Shown here: positions 54,160 to 64,000 of the stretch, one piece after another
Layout: every line of letters starts with the position of its first letter
Position numbering within the stretch: the first letter of the stretch is position 1
The notes under the pieces: generated by a model
Databases searched by the model: none
What the model saw: the letters and a program-made list of their open reading frames with translations, nothing else
Told to the model about the DNA's origin: nothing
Translations under genes and position numbers: made by a program
NCBI GenBank assembly: GCA_000320545.1
Contig: ADNK01003512.1
Span: 2,956 to 66,955 of the forward strand
DNA: 64,000 bases
From: Bigelowiella natans CCMP2755
Taxonomy: Eukaryota > Protista > Cercozoa
Direction: 5' to 3'

Positions 54160-56589
54160 CGAAAACACACGTCAGATCTCTCTACTATGCTTTATTGATG
54201 TTAAAGATGATGAGGGAGAGTAGTGGAGTTTATCTATCAAGGAAGATTGTTTCCACCCTTGTTATGTTCATTGGTGAGATCAATCGTTATATTGTAATAT
54301 TGTATTGTCTTGACTATTGGTTCCCTGAATTTTCTTCTTCTTTCTCTATTGTATCAGATCGTATCGTATCGTATCGTATCGTACGGACTTATTATCAAGA
54401 GGACGATAAGTACACAAACGCCAACTACTACTGTTACTACTACCTTTGGATTCTGAGCTCACCAACAATCTTTGTCGCCTGGATGTCATAGAGCACCATT
54501 GCGTCACTTGTTCGTAGCAAAATCCTCCCGAGTCCGGCAGGAAAGATTTGGTTCACCACAAGGCCTGGAATAGTTATCTTCTTCTTGACCTCATTCTTGA
54601 GGTCACGCTGCCAGATCTGTCGATTTTTGTCCAGCACAGCAAAGCGGTTACGTGATACGAAAGCAGCACTTTTCGCAAAGCCTTTGTAAGTGCTCTGGCG
54701 AGAGAAATCAACGCCGCCACGCTTCTTATCGCTGACATGCAGCTCGTAGGTCCCCATAGGATCGAAGAGCAGGAGCACGCAGTGTTGCTGCCGATTTGAA
54801 TAGTTATACAAAAGCGTGCGTGGCTTTTCGTTGATGCGGGAAGAGCGACGGAAAACCTGCGCGGAGCTCTCGTTTAACGATTTAGTTCGGAAGCTGTGCT
54901 CGATGACGTAGTTGTCATTGAAGTAGTACATGCGCTTGTGGGAAGGGCTGCAATCGTAGGCTGGGCGCTCACGCTCGAGCTTGAAGACCACCATTCCCTG
55001 GTCATGGCCAGCGCCGATGAGATTGAGGGTGGGGTGTACGGCGAGAATCCAGTAGCGATCGTTCTCCCGGCGTAAAACCTGCGGTGCGGATTCCTTATTC
55101 ATGTCCCAAACACGGATAGACTTGTCCTCTGAGTTGGAGATGATGAGGTCCTTCTTAGGGTGGAAGAGCACGCAGGACACGTTATTTATGTGCCCACGCA
55201 TAGTGTCGACCTCCCAGGCCTTGTCATCGTTCATTCGCCAGAGCTTTACCTCACGATCGTCGGCTGCTGTTGCTATATACGGCATGGAGGGGTGGAAGCT
55301 TGCCCAGTTAACACCGCGACTATGGCCTTCTAGGACGTGCTTCACACCGACATCCGAAACGCCGAACATATCGTTGCCCACTCCCGAGTCGGTGGGAGTC
55401 ATTGGAGATACGGTTTTCTTCCGTAATCCAGAAATATCCCACACACGAGCGGTCTGGTCGAGTGAGGCCGATAGCACCAGGTCCTTTGATGATGATAATA
55501 ATAATAATAACAACAATAATAATAGGATGATGATGATTAATGATAGGTATTTGTTAGATTTAAAAAATCGAAGGAAGGAGCTTTGACCGACATGTTGGAA
55601 GAGTAGTATTAAATATCAAGAAGATACCCCCATCAATGTAAGACACGCCCAATCCCACTACTCATTCAGGAGAGAAACACGCAAGCCAAATCCATGCACA
55701 ATGTTTCTACTGACAGCGATGGCATGTAGGAGGAAAAAGGAGAGATGGTTGATACACTCTTCCCATTCTCCTAATTTCATCCTCCTCATCAGCACATGCG
55801 CAAACGATGCTGCCATCATTATTCTCGAATGGAATTCAAAACTGTGGAAATCTCCCCCAGGGACATTGTTACCTTGGAAGGGTGAAATTGTGCGCTCATG
55901 ACGTAGTGGTTGTGGCCAGTGAGAACAATGAGACAGGAGCGACTTTGCCAGTTCCACATACGGATGGTCTGATCGTCCGAAGCGCTAAGAATCCAGGGGT
56001 AGTTGTGGTGAAACTGAACCGTACGGATGTAGTCCAGGTGGCCGTTCAATGTGAACAGACACCGCTTTAACTGGTAGTTCCAGACTTTGATCTTGTAATC
56101 ATCGCCTCCAGAAACAAATAGGGGGCGCGAGGAATGGAAATCTACACCGCGGACCGGACCTGCATGGGTAGAAAAGGAGGAGGAGGAGGAGGAGGAGGAG
56201 GAGGAGGTGTCTATCATACGTGAATTTTCGTGTGCATATGCCAACAAAATGTCCTCGCATCAATGCAGGGTAGAAAAACTATCCCGTTAGCTTAAATATT
56301 GCTTTGCAATCAATGTTTGGTTATGTAAACAAATAACTCCACTCGTTATCCTACTGATTTTTTCATAACGCGACATGAATCTGACCCTGCGCCACCCTGC
56401 ATCTTATTATGATTTCGTATCTAGCATGCTACTACCTTCGTGCTCACAAAACTCATCGATTTTAGTGTCCATGCGATAATCCCAGAGTTCGATGACGCCA
56501 TTGTGAAGGGATGCAAGAACCCAAGGTCTTCGTGGATGGAAAGCCAGACCCTTGACGCGGTGGCTCTTGTTCTCGAACTTCACCAGCAT
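50494..56589 (-). CDS. COPA: Coatomer subunit alpha (COPI alpha-COP), multi-exon
   Basis: [112 protein letters not shown], and the C-terminal CPYC...CDTC..IG. Confidence 0.97.
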
Positions 56590-57583
56590 GCTACTCTACC
56601 TCACCGACAATACTACCTTAGTATTTTGGTCCTTCACGTACGGTACAATATATTCAGGAATCAGTGGTTTTGGGTAGGAAGAAGGGGGGGGGCACAGGCC
56701 GGCGCGCAATAACACCCAATTTTAAGAGATATTTTAAATCAAAAAAACTATCGATGAAGAGGAAAATAGATTAAATAATATATTTACGACAAGGATAATA
56801 ATGGAAAATGTGCCTACAATGATAAGGAATCCTCCCACCGTGATGGACGACGATTGGCACTTCTAGATGTGAAAATGTCGATGACGATTGCAGCAGTGAG
56901 TAAGATTTAAAATTTTGACATGCGACAACAAAAAACAATCATAAATACAGGACTTTTTTTGCTTTGACCTGTTTGTTTTCTCGGAGATGCAAATTATGAC
57001 GCCACATTCGTTTTGGTAATATCCTGTGTGAACATCATAGGCTATTGCGCCGATGACGATGAATGAGGATAAACAAGACAAGCTCGGTTTCTTATCCTAA
57101 ATTATGTTCGGTGGAATATGCTCTAGCTTTTTGTTTTGTTCTTCACTAAACATGAGTCGAGCTGGACGGGTGTTTTTTGTCAACAAGCAAGTATGCGCTT
57201 GTCCATCACGTAGCTTTTTGTTTCGCAAACGCTGAAATAAACGTGAGAAAGTGTCCGTGATCACAACGAAAATCGCTGGTGCCGGGGAATCCAATGCAAC
57301 AAAAATTATGCCAGGAATATCCAAAATAAATGAAGAATAATGGGTATCAAAAATGATTCAGAGAAAATATTCCTATTTTTGATGATGTTTCCATTATTTT
57401 GATAATATTTTATCGATAATATATTGTAATCCAAATAGATTGTATCGATGCGCTGAGATATTATTACTCTTAGGGAATAGTTGATGATTAAGGATAGGAA
57501 CGAAAAATTTATGTCGCAGTATTAAAATGTAATACATTTTCAGTTTAAGTGTTGTTTGGCTGCGGTGATACTCAGATTTGAGA

Positions 57584-58440
57584 ATGAAGGTTCCACTGAG
57601 GGATTCTTGTGGGGATGAGGGAGGGGGAACCCAGGATGAAATATCAATCAGCTTCAACTAGAATCAATAGATGCCTCCTAATGTTAGCTTTGGATTTTCA
57701 ATCTTAATGTGATTGAACATGAACGTCTAACAGAATTTCCTGTTAAATTTAGTTTCGTTTCTATGGAGGAATTGATGTTCCGGAATGGTTCTTTGCGGAG
57801 ACCGCTGTCTTAGCGAAGATGTCGTCCGTGCGGATTAAGCTTATTTGTCGCCAAATTCTCCTTAAGCTCACAGGGAAGGGACTTAACCTTGAGAAACTGG
57901 ACAAGCTCACGACCAGTAAGCGGTTGAACTTTACACGGAGTGACACCAAGGCAATAATTGCAGGGCTTGAGTTTATCCTAGGAAATGCAGCAAAGCATGA
58001 CGTGGATCAAAATGTGCTGCAGGAGGAATTGATGCAGCTAGGACTTCCTCAGGTTTGCAACATGATCTCCTATCTATGAACATGTCGCCAGATACTTCGT
58101 CTACTTGAGCCCGAAGATAACTTGATGCACATATTGCTAGGATACTTGTGTCGCGATCTGCAAAGGATATGGAGAGAAAAAGGACGAAATGAGAGATTAC
58201 TTTCGAAAGGAAAGTCTGAAATTACCTCAACTGAAGAATTGCGAATGGAGAGTCGATTATTTAATAAGTTCTTCAGACGTGAAGACCCTCCGAAAACCCT
58301 CCGTCCGGTTGAACCTACATTTAGGCTCATCCGGAGGAGACCAGGACAATGAAGAAATGGCTTTCGAAGTAACACCGGAGAAATTAAGAGTCTTAATAAA
58401 TGAACTTAAAATAGCGCGGGATCTGATGAAAGATTTATAA
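57584..58440 (+). CDS. COMMD4: COMM domain-containing protein 4 (3 exons)
   Basis: MK|FRFYGGIDVPEWFFAETAVLAKMSSVRIKL...LQEELMQLGLPQ|...SLKLPQLKNCEWRVDYLISSS...LINELKIARDLM. Micro-exon ATGAAG at 57584-57589; exon 2 starts at 57753. Confidence 0.9.
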
Positions 58441-58579
58441 GCAACACACATATATGAATTATGATCTCACGTGGAAGTAATACGTATAGTAATATATTGA
58501 ATCCACTTAATTCTGTAATGTGTACCATGTATCGTACATGCAATACTCACACAAACGAGCGCTGTTCAACGCATTGTTC

Positions 58580-59850
58580 AAGTGAGTTCCCATGGCAAAC
58601 GATGCACGACACCCGCACAGCGCTAGCATGATGCAGCTGCATGACGCAATGATTGTTAGCAAGTGAATCGTCACTGATGCACACGATCGCCCACACTTTA
58701 CACAGTCCGTCCATTGTGAACTTTCTCCTGCACTAATCAGTTCACAGCTTGTGCTACTGTGCCACCACATTTGCCGCATGAAACAAATCAACACGCTAGC
58801 TGCAACGATTGGTCATCGTCATGGTGGTGATGATGGGTTGGCTGGTGGGCAGGCTAGCAGGGCTAGAGTGGCTTGCATTGATTGTGCGTCTGACAACAGC
58901 TGCAAGTTCAACTTCAGACACTGCACGTGTCTGGGTGTGATGTTGTTGCATCTAATCTGTCTCCACCATGCTGGCATGTGGCCAGGTCAAGAGGGACTTG
59001 CATGACCTGCTCACTCCAGTGGTGATCATTGTCGATCGATGCTTCAATGTCACAGCAACAGCTCTGGAGCTAGACAGGCCCTGCTTCACAATCAATGCTA
59101 GAAGGAACAAACAGAAGCGCCACGTGCATGTGCCTCAGCTCCAGTGCTCCAGCACTGCATCCCAGTGTCATTGGGCGGTAGACGCCGTGACGCTGTGCGC
59201 ACGTCGCACGTCCAGACGTGGCACTGAGACGATGACACGATGATGTTGATCTGGTGATCGCATCCTCACTGTCTTCGCCAGAAAAACGTGACAGTGCGGT
59301 GTTGTTCTGTGAGTTCGCTGTCACGCCATCATTGTCAGACGCACAATGAAACCATCAAGCCAACCAATGCGCATGTGATCATGCTTGGTGTGCTGTGTCT
59401 GGTGTGCACCAGTGTGGACTAGTGGACACTGAGCATGTTGAGAGTCCACATGCCTCCATGCGTGCAATTTGCTTCGACTAGCACTTGGCAAGAGCAGGCT
59501 GACAGGTTCAATTTTGAAATTCATCACTTCAATGCAATGCAATGCAATGCCATGTGATCGACTGCATGCACGCACAAATGGATGGCACGGTCTAGTGGTG
59601 GTCAGCGGAATGCAATGATGCGAACATACGAAATGAATGGACGCACATGCACATCATGTGCAGAACATCTTGTCATGACATGAGCACAGCTAGCTAGATG
59701 ACAAGCGGCTGATCTCGAAGCATGTTGTGCGGTGCGATTTGCAGAGCTAAATGAAAGATGTCCAGCAGTTCACAAGTGCAAAAGGCAATGAAGGTCACGG
59801 TGTCTGTGATCAGATGTTCTACAGCGAAGTGAAAATTGAACTAAGCATGT
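58580..59850. repeat. Degenerate TpA-depleted block between convergent genes
   Basis: By eye, nearly all TA in 58621-59600 are CTAG or CTAN/NTAG; CpG is retained. Confidence 0.7.
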
Positions 59851-59889
59851 TTTGAGAACTCGTTCTCGTTGCTTCGATTCGCTTTTCAG

Positions 59890-61793
59890 TCACACTGTTT
59901 CCATGGCTGCACATTTCAGCAATTCTTTCAACCAGCTAGCCAGGGATGTGGGCAATGGCACCGCAGAATAGTATTGAAGTAAGGCAACCGCAATGATTGG
60001 CCCCCACAAGATGGCATCATCCCACGCATGGTAGTCTGACTTTGCTTGACTTTCATGTTTCTTCGAGAAACTTCCTCCTTCATCTAATTCATCGAGAAAC
60101 CACAAAATGAGACCGTACACAAGAACCGTTGCGATGGTGGGGGACACAACAATTAAGAAGTAGAGTCGCCTCAAAGTTTTCCCAAATTGCAGAGCTCGTC
60201 TACTCTTAGTTGATCTGAAACTAAAATTCTTTTTCGGTTTCTCATTCAAGTAGGACTTGCTGGAATTCGTCGTAACATAAGATGCCATTTCAGTATGACG
60301 AGATTTCGTGGAACCTGTTCCCATCGTGGGACAAGACTTGGATGCAGTTGTAGCACAAGACGGTCTATCACTACATCGAGTTTTATGTGATGCAGTTGTG
60401 ACATGTGACGGGGCATCGATTGAACTTCTCTTCATCTGTGAAGATGATTGCTGTTGGAGCATGCTCTCTACACGAATACCGCCAACTCGAACTTTCTCCA
60501 TTTCCTGGATTTCGAGAGTTTTTTTCTCCAAAATGTCTGTAACGTTCTCCATTGGATTCTCATTTTCTCCTCTGACAATTGTGTCCTTGTCATGTTTCTG
60601 TTGATTGTATCGCTTACTCGTCGATTTCCAATTGCTCTTCATTTCTTGAATTTCAAGACTTTTCCTTTCGAAAGCCTCAACACTTTTTCTCCCAGAGTAA
60701 TTGCCACTTTTTCGATTTGTACTAGAGTCTTTAGGAATATTTTGTTGACTAGGAAGCTCTAGACGTGTTGCTATCTGTTTGTTTGTCAATTTCAAAGCTG
60801 AGATTAACTTCAGGAGAGATATTTCGAAGACCAAACATCCCGCTGCGATCACCAACGCGATTATTAGAACCCGTATTGAATTTAGCCACAATCTATCAGT
60901 CACTAAGACCGCAATTGCCTATGCAAAGAAGTAAAGAATGACATCTTTAAGAATTGAACAGATGTCTCCATAAATTGCACATGTTCAAGTTAAAAAGGAT
61001 ACCAGTCCGGTTTGAGATGCAAAAAAAATCACAACAACTAACACAATTCCAATCGCATTAACAGAATCCACTGGTTGAGAAATAGATGCAAATTGAGCTT
61101 TTACAACGACATGCCTTGAGATTTGTTAACAAAAGTATCGGAGAATTAGCCAAATAATGTGCACAGATATTTGTACAACGAGTAACATATATCATATCAC
61201 ACATTATAATGCTACATATTACGTATCATTTTCATGTACGTATCATTTTCATACATGGTGTTGCTGTCATTACGTAATGTACAGCATCGCAATGATTCCA
61301 AAGAGCTGTTTTAAAGAGCAAAATTATGTCACAAAACCATTCAACACTTTGGAAAATTTTCAAGGATACCTGGAAAATGCTGAAGAGAATTAAACCTGCC
61401 TGCCATCCTAAAGATGTTATAATTTAAATATCTTTGCACAACTTTTACATCTAAAATCTGTAATACCAAAATATAAAGGTTTATGAAGACCCTGATAGAT
61501 CACAACACATGTTAGTGTTATGTGTTGTGTACTTTCGATCAAACTTGAATTACAAATTAATTCAGGCAGTAAGTTACCAGATATGCGATGCACATTGCAG
61601 CCAACGTCCAGAGCATCATCCTGAAGTGAAAATGTGACCTGATTTTCTTCTCGTATAATTTACTACACAGAATGATTGTGTCTTTGAATGAATTCTGTAC
61701 CAATGGAGGTTCTTCTTCGATTCCGGAGGAATAGATCCCGGTGCAAATAATTGGAGGAAATTGAAGGCCTGACAATTTTCTCATTGGGTTCAT
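59890..61793 (-). CDS. Multi-pass membrane protein with a long polar loop, unknown function (upstream exons approximate)
   Basis: 337-aa terminal exon 59890-60903 with three hydrophobic helices around a Ser/Lys-rich loop; further hydrophobic upstream segments to ~61793. Confidence 0.55.
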
Positions 61794-62895
61794 TTTAGCA
61801 TTGAACCATTAAATCTTGAGAATGACCTGCATAAACAGCAGGACTCCTAGTCGTACTGAATCTGTCCATTGCATGGTATTTTGTTTACACAACATGGCAC
61901 AACCTACTAAAAATGCATCTCCTACAAGTAGAAGTGCAATGCCATGCACAGACATTGAAGTTGTTCCTACCTGCGATCACCCATGCATTCATCCTTTTGT
62001 TGCACGCCCCTCCTTGGTTCAGAATCCTCTAGACTGCCGTTAGACCAATTATGCGGACGGACCGGGAGAACGAGGTACTTCCGAGAACAGAATTCCAAAG
62101 CATGGTACACGATGTTGCTTCTGCGTCACAGAAACTCCTTTGTCGCACCATGCCAATTTCCTGTGTTTCAACTATCGGGAAACATTTGAGCTGAGCTCTT
62201 TCTTCTCTGCAGAGAGGTGCCTACATGTAGTATGGATGTTTTAAGGTATTTTCGGCATGAAACAGCCAAAGAATTCTACCACTAGCTACTCAAGCGATCA
62301 TTGCCATCTGATCGATCGATCACATCGTCATTTCAAATGAATTCTCCTGGTTTCTTCAACATGTGATAGTGCTGCTTTTTTTTAATTGTCGCAGATAAAA
62401 AATCGGCATATCTCTACATCCAATTTTTGTCCATTTGGCAGTATGGCGGCTCCATCATCGCTGCGCTGGCACAATGATGTTGCATTTACACATTGGCGCA
62501 CTTTCTCTTTCCCTTTCTGCATGTAATGTCGACATTGGGGGCTTGTTTCCACTGCGCAGATCTAACGAAAGCTCGCGGCAAGGAGCGCGTTTTACGAGTT
62601 CTTTAAAACAGATGCGCGAGCGTCTTCTTGCATGCCTGGAATCGCCAACGTGGCATGTTGCGCGTAAGGTGTTCACAGGCCGAGGCGCTACGTGCACAAG
62701 TAGGCAGGGGGGGGGGAAGGCACGTTTGCTTCCTTTTGAAGAGTTATGTTCATTTTTTTTTTTTTTAAAGATCATATTTTTATTAAATCGTGCACTGCGT
62801 AATCATTCGCGAAGCTTTCGCGAATGCCGCCGCACGTGGGGCAGCACACTTCCGGTGTGCTGCCATGAGTCCCGCCGGAACCCACGTGCCTATAC

Positions 62896-62987
62896 TGTAT
62901 TAATATCTACGTTATCTATATTCTATATCCGCGACAACCCCTTTGTTGTCGCACGTGACTTGTGCTCGCGTAGTAGTACGCGCTACA
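62896..62987 (-). repeat. Putative 92-bp 3' LTR
   Basis: Begins TGTA right after the PPT and ends TACA; same length as the relic LTR at 15435-15526. Confidence 0.65.
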
Positions 62988-63038
62988 CCTCCCCCAAGTC
63001 ACGTTGCTCCTTCCTTCCTTCCTTATTCCCTTAGACCT

Positions 63039-64000
63039 TTATCGCTTTCGGAACTTCACCAACCACCAGGTAATAGATTCCTCTCTAACCTTATCTCCTT
63101 TGTCGCTTACCCAGAACTCACCTTCGTCCTTAGGTTCGTGTCCATACCAGCCCTCTGCATCAAGGTCCCCCAGGACCTTATACCAGTGCTCAAAGGGTAA
63201 GTCGGGAACAGCTAGGTAGAGTAGCTGATATTTTCCGTCCTTTATTTTCATAGCTACCCTCTCCATATTTCGTAATCCAGGGTAGCCTAGATAGACAATC
63301 TTCATGCGCCAATCGTCGTTCACCCTGACCTTATTGTTTCCATATTCCACATCGAACTTAGGTCGGGGTCCTAAACAAGGCATGGCTCGCTCCCACACAG
63401 TAGGGTTTACTTTAACATCCTCTAGGAGCTTCTCACCGATATCATAATTCTTTAGGTGACTGATGTGGCGCAAGGTGACCCTGTTCCCATCATAGATGTA
63501 GTACTGCTTCCTCCCCTTCCTCTCGGTAACCTTTGCAACGCCACCCCAGAAGGGGTCTTGTTTATTTCTCGATCTCAGATTTACCTTGGCCCTAACATAC
63601 TGTCCTTCCTTTAGAACTCGGCCATCGTACGGGACCTTCTCGTCTTCGCTCTCGGTATCGTCGTCGTTGTCGTCGCCTTCTTCCCTCTCCTTATCCTTGA
63701 TACCTCCCCCAGACGTGAAGGTGTCGTTTACTAACCCTTGTATCTTGTCTGGTGTGGTGCTATTTATCCTGCTTAGGTTGGCCAAGGTGCGGTGGAGTCG
63801 CTCTACCTTGGAGTTGGACTGGGCATAGTATACAGGTGAGGCATCAATATTAGGGTGTGGTAGCTGTAGAAGAGAGGTCTCATTATCCACATGTAATTTC
63901 TTTGGTATCTTGTTTATGCTAACTTCATCAGGGATAGCCTGGAGCTCAGACTCCCAGGTACGGTAGCAGTCCACCACTGATCGCTGCAGCAACGAAATAT
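63039..64000 (-). CDS. Retrotransposon pol C-terminus: DDE integrase core, SH3-like segment, and a Dam/N6-adenine-MTase-like tail
   Basis: VVDCY, PKKLHVDN, YYAQSNSKVERLHRTL (D,D,E); LKEGQYV...DPFWGGVAKV; tail DWRMKIVYLGYPG...RVAMKIK...LLYLAVPDLPFEHWYKVL. Confidence 0.8.
   Translation of the reverse strand, partial: ISLLQRSVVDCYRTWESELQAIPDEVSINKIPKKLHVDNETSLLQLPHPNIDASPVYYAQSNSKVERLHRTLANLSRINSTTPDKIQGLVNDTFTSGGGIKDKEREEGDDNDDDTESEDEKVPYDGRVLKEGQYVRAKVNLRSRNKQDPFWGGVAKVTERKGRKQYYIYDGNRVTLRHISHLKNYDIGEKLLEDVKVNPTVWERAMPCLGPRPKFDVEYGNNKVRVNDDWRMKIVYLGYPGLRNMERVAMKIKDGKYQLLYLAVPDLPFEHWYKVLGDLDAEGWYGHEPKDEGEFWVSDKGDKVREESITWWLVKFRKR

Larger units (their letters stand above)
260..56205. repeat. 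Dense intronic microsatellites: (CA)n, (GA)n, (TA)n, (GAT)n, (TAG)n, (CAA)n, (GGA)n, (GAA)n
   Basis: Directly visible in many introns of the SET, IRG, EF-hand, FtsZ, lipase and COPA genes, e.g. 404-436, 1357-1398, 12620-12778, 33826-33869, 41153-41190. Confidence 0.95.
62896..64000 (-). mobile_element. 3' end of an apparently intact Ty3/gypsy-like LTR retrotransposon (integrase, PPT, 92-bp LTR); continues beyond window
   Basis: Integrase ORF, then PPT GGGGGAGG (62988-62995) directly before TGTA...TACA (62987-62896). Confidence 0.8.

Noticed and set aside
62830-62890. Hammerhead ribozyme in the hairpin cluster
   Set aside because: The CUGANGA/GAAA core could not be placed on either strand.

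Overview
Intron-rich eukaryotic nuclear DNA, most likely from an alga with a secondary green plastid. A chlorarachniophyte is inferred from LHCII, FtsZ and a GTPase that all carry signal-plus-transit bipartite leaders, together with ordinary GT-AG introns full of microsatellites. Genes assembled by hand: a SET/Rubisco-LSMT-like methyltransferase (5' truncated), an intronless membrane protein, an unknown multi-exon gene, a predicted plastid-targeted immunity-related (IRG/p47-type) GTPase, a head-to-head pair of near-identical LHCII genes, two paralogous TALE homeobox genes, an EF-hand protein, plastid FtsZ, a LIPA-type lipase, an intronless tandem-domain membrane protein, coatomer alpha, COMMD4, another membrane protein, and the 3' end of an intact short-LTR retrotransposon. 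The standout signal is in the intergenic and transposon-derived blocks (about 7.7-8.3, 15.4-17.1, 20.8-23.6, 26.5-28.0, 47.3-47.9 and 58.6-59.8 kb). They have lost almost every TpA dinucleotide except in CTAG, while keeping CpG. Diverged repeat copies show reciprocal CA/TG at the same site, and a decayed retrotransposon copy shows Tyr->His/Cys changes. This points to targeted TpA->TpG/CpA (A:T->G:C) hypermutation of repeats, an 'inverse RIP', which spares genes, promoters and the intact element. Exon boundaries and dinucleotide counts were read by eye and are approximate.
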